Shown piece after piece: positions 1 through 8,439 of a DNA stretch of 64,000 nt. The DNA is from Parcubacteria group bacterium M6-OD1-1 (GTDB lineage Bacteria; Patescibacteriota; Minisyncoccia; GWC2-36-17; M10-OD1-4), in contig LSNK01000005.1 of the NCBI GenBank assembly GCA_003056085.1, forward strand, positions 10,122 through 74,121, written 5' to 3'. A program made the translations under genes and the position numbers. The notes beneath the pieces were generated by a model. It did no database searches, was not told the origin of the DNA, and saw only the letters and a program-made list of their open reading frames with translations. The first letter of the stretch is position 1; each line of letters starts with the position of its first letter.

Positions 1-602
1 TTTTTATTACCCCCCTTAACCTGTTTAATTCCAAAAATCAAAGAATCTAAAGACTCCTTAATGCCGGCAAATAATTTTATTGATATATAAATAATAAGAA
101 AAAGAGCTGTAATAAAAACATAAAATATCATACTTTGAAAAGTTTCTCTTATGTCTCTTGAACTTTGCAAAACATCTTTTGATAGTATTTTTATATCATG
201 TTTAATTGATTCAAATTCTTTTAGAAAACCGCTTATTAAAACTTCGTCCCTTTCAGAATCTAAAGTCTTCTGAGAAACTATATTTAAAAATACGGGCCTA
301 AGTAATTTAAATTTATTTAAAATATCTTCATTTCCTTCATTTTTTGCAACTTTATTTATAAGATTCAGCGTTGACCAGTATTTTAAATTCCATTTTATAT
401 TGTTTTCTTCCCTCGGGTAAGCTAAATACTTATATGTAAGCTGATTAAGATCCGATAAAGCTATTTCAGTTTCTACAAGAACTAAATGCCTCTGATCTCT
501 TGCGTTGACTTCTTTGTTTAAAATCAAAAGACCAAACACAAAAATAACAAGAGAAAAAATTGCTATAAAAACACCAAAATATAATTTATTTTTTATACTC
601 AT
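1..602 (-). CDS. N-terminal part of a membrane sensor protein (TM-extracellular-TM-HAMP-like), probably a histidine kinase; runs off the window edge
   Basis: Manual translation from ATG at 602: MSIKNKLYFGVFIAIFSLVIFVFGLLIL...MIFYVFITALFLIIYISIKLFAGIKESLDSLIFGIKQVKGGN; two TM segments then a HAMP-like start; open to position 1. Confidence 0.5.
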   Translation of the reverse strand, partial: MSIKNKLYFGVFIAIFSLVIFVFGLLILNKEVNARDQRHLVLVETEIALSDLNQLTYKYLAYPREENNIKWNLKYWSTLNLINKVAKNEGNEDILNKFKLLRPVFLNIVSQKTLDSERDEVLISGFLKEFESIKHDIKILSKDVLQSSRDIRETFQSMIFYVFITALFLIIYISIKLFAGIKESLDSLIFGIKQVKGGNK

Positions 603-774
603 ATTAATATAATTTATACTTTTACTTCAGTAAGTGTTCTTTTTCATTTTAACCTTAAAAACAGCCGGAGTAAAATCTTTTATTATTAATTTCCAAAAAA
701 TAATGGAATATTTCAAAATTTCTGCTATTATATTTAAATACTTCAAATTATAAATATATAAAAACTTAAACACC

Positions 775-1500
775 ATGAAAGGAGTTATCATAGCCGGCGG
801 GAAAGGCACAAGACTTTACCCTCTAACAAAAATAATAAATAAAAATCTACTTCCGATATACAATAAACCGATGATTTATTATTCTATTCAAATTCTTGCT
901 GATGCAGGGATAAAAGATATTTTAATAATAACCGGAACGGAGCACTCAGGACAATTTATAAGCCTTTTAAATTCGGGTGATGAGTTTGGCGTTAAACTTC
1001 ATTATGAAGTCCAAAAAAAGCCTTTGGGACCTGCTAATGCAATAAACGTTGCTCGAGATTTTGCCCAAAATGAAAAAATTGTTGTTGTTTTTTCGGATAA
1101 TATTTTTGAAAATAATATTAAAAAGGCTTGCGAAAATTTTAAAAAGCAAAAGGAAGGCGCAAAAATTTTTTTAAAAGAAGTTTCCGACCCAAGGAGGTTT
1201 GGTGTCGCAGAGATAAAAGAAAAAAAAGTGTTGTCCATAGAAGAAAAACCTAAAAATCCAAAAAGCAATTTAGCAGTTGTGGGTCTTTATATGTATGATA
1301 AAAAAGCGTTTGATTTTATAGATAAACTCAAACCATCAAAAAGAGGTGAATATGAGGTAACTGATTTAAATAATTTTTATATTAAAAATAATCAAATGAC
1401 ATATGAAATGCTCAACGGACATTGGACAGATGCAGGAACTTTTGATTCTCTGCTTGCGGTTAATAACTGGATAGCGAAAAAATCAAAATTTAATAAATAA
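775..1500 (+). CDS. rfbA: Glucose-1-phosphate thymidylyltransferase (short RfbA/SpsI-type sugar nucleotidyltransferase)
   Basis: MKGVIIAGGKGTRLYPLT, KNLLPIYNKPM, EEKPKNPKSN, SKRGEYEVTD, WTDAGT motifs. Confidence 0.88.
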   Translation: MKGVIIAGGKGTRLYPLTKIINKNLLPIYNKPMIYYSIQILADAGIKDILIITGTEHSGQFISLLNSGDEFGVKLHYEVQKKPLGPANAINVARDFAQNEKIVVVFSDNIFENNIKKACENFKKQKEGAKIFLKEVSDPRRFGVAEIKEKKVLSIEEKPKNPKSNLAVVGLYMYDKKAFDFIDKLKPSKRGEYEVTDLNNFYIKNNQMTYEMLNGHWTDAGTFDSLLAVNNWIAKKSKFNK

Positions 1501-1517
1501 TATATTTTAAAAAATTA

Positions 1518-2216
1518 ATGGAGGAAATTTCATTTTTTCAAACAATTTATAACTTTCTGATTGAACATCAATTTTTAAGTTACTTAATTGTTTTTTTAGC
1601 CACTTTTTTTGATAGCGCCTTTTTTATAGGGCTTTTAGTGCCATCCGGACTTTTAATGGCCGCTTTTGGTTTTGTAACATACGATGGCTATTTAACAACA
1701 GAATATGTGATATTTTTTGCCATATTAGGAGCTGTTTTAGGAGACACTTTAAACTTCCTTCTTGGAAATTACCACAAGAAAAAACATACTCTAAAAAATA
1801 TTGAGAAAACGAATAAACTTTTAAGAAAAAAGAATTATCTTGAGCACGGGAAAGAATTTTTTGAAAAGCACGGCAGAAAAAGCGTTTTACTCGGCAGGTT
1901 TATTGGAGTAATAAGACCGTTTATTGGGTTTATCTCCGGAAGCACAAATATGCCATTCTCAAGATTTCTATACTTTAGCACTTTAGGAACAACGCTTTAT
2001 GTTCTTTTTTATTTTGAGATAGGTTATTTATTCGGATCAAGTGTTGAATTTTTTATGTCTTGGGTAAAAAGAGCTGAAAATATGCTCTTGTTTACTTTGC
2101 TTGTTATAATCTCATTTTTATATTTTAAAAATTTGATAAAGCAGAAAGTTAAACCTAAAGTATTGGAAAAATCAGAAAAAATATTAGAAAAAATTGAAAA
2201 TAAAGATATCTTATAA
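1518..2216 (+). CDS. DedA family membrane protein
   Basis: GLLVP, GAVLGD, FFEKHG..SVLLGRFIGVIR DedA/SNARE-associated motifs. Confidence 0.9.
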   Translation: MEEISFFQTIYNFLIEHQFLSYLIVFLATFFDSAFFIGLLVPSGLLMAAFGFVTYDGYLTTEYVIFFAILGAVLGDTLNFLLGNYHKKKHTLKNIEKTNKLLRKKNYLEHGKEFFEKHGRKSVLLGRFIGVIRPFIGFISGSTNMPFSRFLYFSTLGTTLYVLFYFEIGYLFGSSVEFFMSWVKRAENMLLFTLLVIISFLYFKNLIKQKVKPKVLEKSEKILEKIENKDIL

Positions 2217-3605
2217 ATTATTTTTAAAATAATTTATAAGATCATCTATTTTTATTCTATCTTGTTTCATTGTATCTCTATCACGAACCGTAACAGAATT
2301 ATCCTTTGACGAATCAAAATCTATAGTTACACAATACGGCGTTCCTATTTCATCTTGTCTTCTGTATCTTTTTCCTATTGACTGCGTTTCGTCATACTGA
2401 CAAATAAAATGCATTTTTAATTCCTCAAATATTTCTTTTGCTTTTTGTGTCAGCTCTTCTTTATTTTTCATTAATGGCAATATGGCTACTTTTACAGGCG
2501 CAATCTTTGGAGCAATTTTTAAAACCACCCTCATTTCTCCCTCTACCTCTTCCTCCTCATAAGCATCGGCAATAACAGCCAAAAAAAGCCTGCCTACTCC
2601 AATGGAAGACTCTATAATATGAGGAATAAATTTTTCATTTGTTATCGGGTCTTGATAGTCTAAGTCTTGACCACAAGCTTTAGAATGTTGAGTTAAGTCG
2701 TAATTTCCTCTTGCATGAATGCCCTCAAGCTCACGCCACCCAAAAGGATATTTAAATTCTATGTCATATGCCTCTTTTGCATAAAAAACCAAATTTTCAT
2801 GCTTAGACCATTTTAAATTTTCTTTTTTAATACCAATATCAAGTAATGCATTAAAACGATACTCTTTTAATTTTTCGTATTCTTGCATATCATTTTCCGG
2901 TCTTGTAAAATACTGCATTTCCATTTGTTCAAATTCTCTGGTTCTGAATATAAACTGTCTTGCTGTAACTTCATTTCTGAAAGCCTTACCAATTTGCGCA
3001 ATTCCAAATGGAAGTTTTAAATGAGTTGAATCTAAAACATTTTTATAATTTACATAAATACCCTGGCAAGTTTCACCTCTTAAATAAACAGGGTCTGCCT
3101 CACTCTGAGTAAAATCCCCCAAATTGGACTTAACTAAAAGATTAAAAGATTTTGCATCTGTAAAATCCTGTTTCCCGCATTTTGGACATTTTATTTTATC
3201 TTTATTTTTTGAAAAAATCTTATTAATCTCTTCATCAGACATTTTTTCATCCGCAGCAACCCCAACATCCTCCAAAAGATGATCCGCTCTGCTTCTTGTG
3301 TGGCAATTTTTACACTCAACTAACGGATCAGAGAAGCCGGACACATGACCCGAGGCCTCCCAAACTTTTGGATTCATAAAAATCCCCGCGTCCATCCCCA
3401 CAATGTCACTCCTATTTTGAACCATAACCCTCCACCAGTGAGCTTTTATATTATTTGCAAGCTCAACTCCCATAGGACCAAAGTCATACACACCGGCAAA
3501 ACCACCATAAATTTCAGATGATGGATAAACAAAACCCCTCCTCTTACAAAGAGAAATTATTTTTTTCATTAAATCTTGACCATTTTTTTCTGCCGACATA
3601 ATCAT
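2211..3605 (-). CDS. glyQS: Glycine--tRNA ligase, alpha2 homodimeric type
   Basis: LCKRRGFVYPSSEIYGG, YLRGETCQG, FRNEVT..FIFRTREFEQME, SIGKRYRRQDEIGTP; start may be the Met at 3599. Confidence 0.97.
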   Translation of the reverse strand: MIMSAEKNGQDLMKKIISLCKRRGFVYPSSEIYGGFAGVYDFGPMGVELANNIKAHWWRVMVQNRSDIVGMDAGIFMNPKVWEASGHVSGFSDPLVECKNCHTRSRADHLLEDVGVAADEKMSDEEINKIFSKNKDKIKCPKCGKQDFTDAKSFNLLVKSNLGDFTQSEADPVYLRGETCQGIYVNYKNVLDSTHLKLPFGIAQIGKAFRNEVTARQFIFRTREFEQMEMQYFTRPENDMQEYEKLKEYRFNALLDIGIKKENLKWSKHENLVFYAKEAYDIEFKYPFGWRELEGIHARGNYDLTQHSKACGQDLDYQDPITNEKFIPHIIESSIGVGRLFLAVIADAYEEEEVEGEMRVVLKIAPKIAPVKVAILPLMKNKEELTQKAKEIFEELKMHFICQYDETQSIGKRYRRQDEIGTPYCVTIDFDSSKDNSVTVRDRDTMKQDRIKIDDLINYFKNNL

Positions 3606-3735
3606 TTAAATTAACATTTTGACTATAATATAGCACAACGAACTAAAAATTAAAAATTATATTTTAACTGCAAAACAACTCTTGAAAAAAATAAATAAAT
3701 CGTATACTATATACCTACGTTTTAAATTAAAATTA

Positions 3736-4001
3736 GCGGGTATCGTATAGAGGCTATTATCTCTGCCTTCTCCCGAAAATTTCTGAAGTAAAGTAAAGTG
3801 AAATTTTCGAGGATTCCGTAAATTATATAAAAGTTCATACGCAAAGAGCGGGTATCGTATAGAGGCTATTATCTCTGCCTTCCAAGCAGATGACGGGGGT
3901 TCGATTCCCCCTACCCGCTCTTTGCGCAGGAATTTACGGAGCAAGCAGATATCCCGCCAAAAGCGGGATAAACCTCAGTTCGATTCCCCCTACCCGCTCC
4001 A
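3736..4001 (+). pseudogene. Interrupted outer tRNA-Gly copy (5' half 3736-3770; CAAGCAGAT 3942-3950; 3' end with CCA 3978-4001)
   Basis: Segments identical to the intact tRNA-Gly, split by a 171-nt insert in the anticodon and a hairpin-containing segment replacing the variable loop and 5' T-stem. Confidence 0.8.
3848..3919 (+). tRNA. tRNA-Gly(TCC), CCA not encoded
   Basis: GCGGGTA/TACCCGC acceptor stem, TCTGC-CT TCC AA-GCAGA anticodon arm, GGGGG-TTCGATT-CCCCC T arm. Confidence 0.95.
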
Positions 4002-4010
4002 AGATAAGCT

Positions 4011-4066
4011 TTAATCTCAAAACAAAAACTACAGAATTAACTCTGTAGTTTTTGTTTTGAGATTAA
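4011..4066. terminator. 25-bp perfect inverted repeat, probable bidirectional terminator between tRNA-Gly and hup
   Basis: ttaatctcaaaacaaaaactacaga-attaac-tctgtagtttttgttttgagattaa between convergent genes. Confidence 0.7.
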
Positions 4067-4100
4067 GCTAACTCAATGCGAGAATAAATCTGAAAAAGAC

Positions 4101-4376
4101 TTATTTTACAGCTTCTTTCAAAGCCTTTCCAGCTTTGAATTTAGGAACTGTTGTAGCTTTGATCTGGATTTTTTCCCCAGTCTTTGGGTTTACACCCATT
4201 CTAGCTGCTCTGTCTGCAACCTTAAAGGCTCCAAACCCTGCAACAGCAACTTCTTCCCTTTTTGAAAGAGATTCAGTTATTGTGTCAAATACTGCTTCTA
4301 CAGCATCCAACGCTGCTTTTTTTGTTTCAAGGCCTGCTTTTGTTTGCACTGCCTCTGCTAAAGCGTCTTTGTTCAT
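4101..4376 (-). CDS. hup: DNA-binding protein HU
   Basis: MNKDAL..., GFGAFKV, RAARMGVNPKTGEKIQI, PKFKAGKALKEAVK. Confidence 0.97.
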   Translation of the reverse strand: MNKDALAEAVQTKAGLETKKAALDAVEAVFDTITESLSKREEVAVAGFGAFKVADRAARMGVNPKTGEKIQIKATTVPKFKAGKALKEAVK

Positions 4377-4415
4377 AGTTTTTATTTAACTATTAATAAT
4401 TATAATTAATTTATT

Positions 4416-4465
4416 AGACCTGCTTCGTAATAATTTTTTTAAAAAAATTATTACGAAGCAGGTCT
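4416..4465. repeat. 50-bp perfect palindrome with no loop, upstream of hup
   Basis: agacctgcttcgtaataattttttt|aaaaaaattattacgaagcaggtct. Confidence 0.95.
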
Positions 4466-4682
4466 GCCTATGACCTTTTGTTTTTTAATAAGCAATTTAT
4501 TACTATACAGTCTAACAAAATCCTTTTATTTATGCAATATTTAAGACTTACTTAGTTTAACATGGTCTGATAGCACTTTGTCAATAGCAAAAATTTTAAA
4601 ATTTTCATTACTTAACATATTCTGAAAAATCCCTAACTTTTAAAAAAGTGTCGGTAAACAAAATGAAATCAAAATAAATAAT

Positions 4683-4800
4683 GTGAAAAAACAATGGAAT
4701 CTTGGCGCGCAACGAGCACCGAATGCGAGTCATACTAATCGGTACGGCGAACAAGAGCAGGGTTGCAAGCCAAGAAATCACGTTTTTTTGTGCTATTCAC
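4683..4800 (+). repeat. Structured intergenic element, copy A (most divergent family member)
   Basis: Nested stems gtgaa/ttcac, tcttggc/gccaaga, gcaac/gttgc; core gagtcatac-taatcg-gtacggcgaa resembles the cores of copies B and C. Confidence 0.5.
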
Positions 4801-4821
4801 TAATCTTGTAAAAAATAAGCT

Positions 4822-6351
4822 TTATCTTGCATATTCTATGACGCGATTCTCACGTATAACATTAACCTTAATCTCTCCCGGATATTTTAATTCTTCTTCT
4901 ATGTCATCAGCTATTTCTCTTGCTAATTTTCTCGCTCCTAAATCATCCACTTTTTCCGGAGTTACAAAAACTCTCAATTCTCTACCCGCTGAAATAGCAT
5001 AAACTTTTTCTATTCCTTCATGCGACATAGCTATAGCCTCAAGTTCTTCAAGTCTTCTTATGTAAGTTTCAAGCGTTCCTCTTCTTGCACCAGGCCTTGA
5101 TGCGGAAGTTGATTCCGCTATAGCAACAATTTTTGATTCTATTGTTTCATAAGGATATTCATCATGATGAGAACGCATTGCTAAAATTATCTTTTCATCA
5201 ATATTAAATTTCTGTAAAATTTTTATCCCTATCTCAACATGAGTCCCTTGAACTTCATGATCAACCGCTTTCCCAATATCATGAAACAATGCGCCCATTC
5301 TGGTGACTTTTACATCTGCGCCAAGTTCTTCGGCAAGCATTGCCCCAATATGCACAGCTTCCAAAGAATGCTCCAAAACATTTTGACCAAAACTTGTTCT
5401 GTATTTTAATCTTCCTAAAAGATTAGCAAGTCTTGGATCAACCCCAATAACCTTCGCCTCAGAAATCGCATCTTCTCCCGCCTTTTGAATGCTTTTTGTT
5501 ATTTCTTCTTTTGCCTTCTCAACAGCCTCTTCTATTTTAGCCGGCTGTATTCTGCCGTCACTTATCAATTTTTCTAAAGCAAGCTTGCAAACCTGTCTTC
5601 TTATAGGATCAAAACAAGAAATTAAAACAGCACCCGGAGTATCATCAACTATAATTTCCGCTCCAGTTAATCTCTCAATAGACTTAATATTTCTTCCCTC
5701 TCTGCCTATTATCTTTCCTTTTATTTCATCTGAAGGAAGTTTCAGAGTTGTTGTTGTAACTTCTCCAGCTTGTGAGCCGGAAAATCTTTGCATAGCATCA
5801 GTTAAAATGTCTTTTGCCTTTCTTTCTATTTCATTATTCGTTTCTTTTTCAAGCTTTTTCATTCTTTCAAGCAGGTCATCTTTGTTTTTCTGCTCCACCA
5901 TTTCAAAAACTGCATCTTTTGCCTTTTTTTCACTAAATTTTGAAATTTCTTCTAACTTCTTAAGCTGTTCTTTCTTTGTATTTTCAACTGACTCTTGAAC
6001 ATTTTTTACTTTCTCTACTTTTTCTTTAATTTCCTGCTCATCTTTCTCTTGTTTTTTGAGTCTTTCTTCAAGAGAGTCTTCACGCTTCAAAAGATGCTCT
6101 TCAAGTTTTGTAATTTGAGACTTTCTTTCTTTCTCCTCTTTTCTTGTTTCCTCCAAAACAACCAAAGACTCCTCTTTTGCTTTTTCTATTATTGCTTTTG
6201 ATTTTTCTTTTGCTTCATCTTCTAACTTTGAAATTTTTGATTCCAAAGTGTCAGCTTTTTGTTTTGCTGTCGCCTTTCTGAGGAAATAACCGGCAAAAAT
6301 ACCCGCTAAAACACCCAAAAGCCCCACACCAAAAGGTATCAAACTTTCCAT
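4822..6351 (-). CDS. rny: Ribonuclease Y
   Basis: N-terminal TM, coiled coil, KH (KGKIIGREGRNI), HD domain (HSLE...FHDIGKA), ASRPGAR, YPGEIKVNVIRE. Confidence 0.97.
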   Translation of the reverse strand: MESLIPFGVGLLGVLAGIFAGYFLRKATAKQKADTLESKISKLEDEAKEKSKAIIEKAKEESLVVLEETRKEEKERKSQITKLEEHLLKREDSLEERLKKQEKDEQEIKEKVEKVKNVQESVENTKKEQLKKLEEISKFSEKKAKDAVFEMVEQKNKDDLLERMKKLEKETNNEIERKAKDILTDAMQRFSGSQAGEVTTTTLKLPSDEIKGKIIGREGRNIKSIERLTGAEIIVDDTPGAVLISCFDPIRRQVCKLALEKLISDGRIQPAKIEEAVEKAKEEITKSIQKAGEDAISEAKVIGVDPRLANLLGRLKYRTSFGQNVLEHSLEAVHIGAMLAEELGADVKVTRMGALFHDIGKAVDHEVQGTHVEIGIKILQKFNIDEKIILAMRSHHDEYPYETIESKIVAIAESTSASRPGARRGTLETYIRRLEELEAIAMSHEGIEKVYAISAGRELRVFVTPEKVDDLGARKLAREIADDIEEELKYPGEIKVNVIRENRVIEYAR

Positions 6352-6360
6352 AATTATTAT

Positions 6361-6560
6361 AATTGATAGTCGTTCTTATCGGGGAAATCTCTATAAAAAA
6401 TAATTAGGTTGAGTAACTTAAAACTGCATAATAAGAATTACGCTTTTTTAAATCTATTATTCAGATTAGTAGTATTTAATTGAGTTTTTTGTAAAATTTT
6501 CATCTAAAAAACAATTTATCAACCATAATCAGAAAATTCCGAGGAACTTATATCAAAATT
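6361..6560 (-). ncRNA. Candidate 6S RNA-like long irregular hairpin upstream of rny
   Basis: Ends pair (ttgata/tatcaa, gttc/gaac, tcgg/ccga, ggttga/tcaacc); about 200 nt; preceded by TTGACA-17-TATCGT on the minus strand. Confidence 0.45.
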
Positions 6561-6776
6561 GAAATTAACTTTTATACTAAAACGATATCAGAAATGGCAT
6601 TTTTTGTCAAAATAAATATTTAAATTCTATATAATGAACAATTATATTTTAAAACTTGAGATTAATTGTTAAAATCCATTTTTACTTGTTGTCCGTTTCA
6701 GGTTACTGATTACTTTTTATCTGATATAATAATAGGAGCGTGGAAATTAACCTTATCCAAATTTCACGCTCCCAAT

Positions 6777-7676
6777 ATGGCAATCAATCAACTAATAACC
6801 CAATTTTTAGAATATTTGGAAATAGAAAAAAACAGATCTCAAAAAACACTTGAGAATTACGACCATTATCTAAAAAGGTTTTTAATTTTTACAAAAGTCA
6901 AAAATCCTTCTGATATTAACTTAGAAATGGTGAGAAAATACAGAATACATTTAAATAGAATAACAGACAACGATGGAAAATCACTTAAAAAAACAACCCA
7001 AAACTACCATGTAATAGCTTTAAGAGCATTTTTAAAATATTTAGCCAAGCAAGACATCAAGACATTAAGCGCAGAGAAAATAGAACTCGGAAAAAATCCC
7101 GAAAGAGACATAACTTTTCTAAACTCAGATGAGGTTAAAAGACTGCTTTCTGCTCCAAAAGGAGATGACCTATCACCCCTCAGAGATAAAGCTATTTTGG
7201 AAACTCTTTTTTCAACCGGACTTCGCGTATCTGAGTTATGCTCTTTAAATAGAGATTCAACAAATATAAAAAATGGTGAATTCTCTGTTTTGGGAAAAGG
7301 CGGGAAAATGAGAATAGTTTTTTTATCGGACTCTGCAAAAGAAGCTATAAAAAAATATCTTTTAAAGAGAGAGGATGTGGATAATGCATTATTTGTGCGA
7401 AACACAAACCATAAAAAAGAAAATCTAAGGCTAACTGAAAGGTCTATTCAAAGAATTATAAAAAAATACGCTCAAAAAGCGGGAATTGTAAAAAATATAA
7501 GCCCTCATAAACTTCGTCACAGCTTTGCAACTGACCTTTTGCAAAACGGAGCAGATATTCGTTCTGTTCAAAGCATGTTAGGACACTCAAGCATTACAAC
7601 AACACAAATATACACCCACTATTCAGACAAACACTTAAAAGAAATCCATAAAAAGTTTCACTCAAAAGAAAAATAA
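6777..7676 (+). CDS. Site-specific tyrosine recombinase, XerC/XerD-like
   Basis: RDKAILETLFSTGLRVSEL, GKGGKMR, SPHKLRHSFATDLL..GADIRSVQSMLGHSSITTTQIYTH; ATG 6777 preferred over upstream TTG 6666. Confidence 0.93.
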   Translation: MAINQLITQFLEYLEIEKNRSQKTLENYDHYLKRFLIFTKVKNPSDINLEMVRKYRIHLNRITDNDGKSLKKTTQNYHVIALRAFLKYLAKQDIKTLSAEKIELGKNPERDITFLNSDEVKRLLSAPKGDDLSPLRDKAILETLFSTGLRVSELCSLNRDSTNIKNGEFSVLGKGGKMRIVFLSDSAKEAIKKYLLKREDVDNALFVRNTNHKKENLRLTERSIQRIIKKYAQKAGIVKNISPHKLRHSFATDLLQNGADIRSVQSMLGHSSITTTQIYTHYSDKHLKEIHKKFHSKEK

Positions 7677-7693
7677 AATAACAATCTTATCCG

Positions 7694-7740
7694 CAAACAA
7701 AAATCCTTCGGCAACTAAGTTACTGAAGGATTTTTGTTTG
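7694..7740. terminator. Bidirectional terminator between xer and clpP
   Basis: caaacaaaaatccttcggcaac-taa-gttactgaaggatttttgtttg. Confidence 0.75.
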
Positions 7741-7752
7741 TTAAACTTGATT

Positions 7753-8340
7753 TTATTTTTTCTTTTGTATAATTTTGTCAATTATACCGTAAGTTTTTGC
7801 TTCTTGAGCAGACATATAGTAATCTCTGTCTGCGTCTTTTTCTACTTTTTTATACTGTTGTCCTGTATGTTCTACCAAAATTTTATTTATTTTATCTTTT
7901 GTTTTTAAAATATGCTTTGCAGTTATCTCTATGTCTGTTGCTTGTCCCTCAACTCCTCCCATAACCTGATGAATCATAACTTCTGAATTTGGCAAAGCAA
8001 ACCTTTTTCCTTTTTCACCTGAAGCCAGAAGCACCGCCCCCATTGAAGCCGCTATCCCAACACACATTGTAGATACATCACTTTTTAAGTACTGTATGGT
8101 GTCGTAAATTGCAAGACCCGATGTGACAGAACCGCCTGGAGAATTAATATAAAGCTGAATATCTTTACCGGAATCTTGAGAATCCAAAAACAAAAGCTGA
8201 GCAATAACCGTATTTGCCAAAGCATCGTCAATAGTGTCTCCTAAAAATATTATTCTATCCTTTAAAAGCCTGGAGTATATATCATACGCCCTTTCTCCAT
8301 AATTTGTTTTTTCTATTACCGTCGGTATTAAATAACTCAT
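7753..8340 (-). CDS. clpP: ATP-dependent Clp protease proteolytic subunit
   Basis: [45 protein letters not shown]. Confidence 0.98.
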   Translation of the reverse strand: MSYLIPTVIEKTNYGERAYDIYSRLLKDRIIFLGDTIDDALANTVIAQLLFLDSQDSGKDIQLYINSPGGSVTSGLAIYDTIQYLKSDVSTMCVGIAASMGAVLLASGEKGKRFALPNSEVMIHQVMGGVEGQATDIEITAKHILKTKDKINKILVEHTGQQYKKVEKDADRDYYMSAQEAKTYGIIDKIIQKKK

Positions 8341-8439
8341 TTTATTAACTTATTAGAAATTAGCTTTTTAACCTGTTAGTCAATTTATATTACCACTCGC
8401 ACCAATCATTTAACAAGTTATAAAAAAATTAATACTCTG

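Noticed and set aside
3771-3941. Canonical group I intron in tRNA-Gly
   Set aside because: Much of the insert is a tRNA copy, no catalytic core is recognisable, and the 5' exon ends in C rather than U
3657-3944. 95-aa minus-strand ORF
   Set aside because: Antisense shadow of the tRNA-Gly locus (RVGGIEPPSSAWKAE is the typical tRNA antisense translation)
3978-4001. attR of a prophage or island integrated at tRNA-Gly
   Set aside because: Only about 58 bp separate it from the intact tRNA, no integrase is adjacent, and the 5' half is duplicated too
6666-6776. Upstream extensions of ORF-track starts (xer 6666; likewise cca 15035, NYN 16946, pnp 17594, 21085, TrmB 24706, comM 26159)
   Set aside because: Extensions run through promoters, hairpins or upstream genes; family similarity begins at the downstream ATG
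6777-7676. Integron integrase or phage integrase
   Set aside because: Length and motifs fit housekeeping Xer; no IntI-specific insertion is apparent and neighbours are core genes
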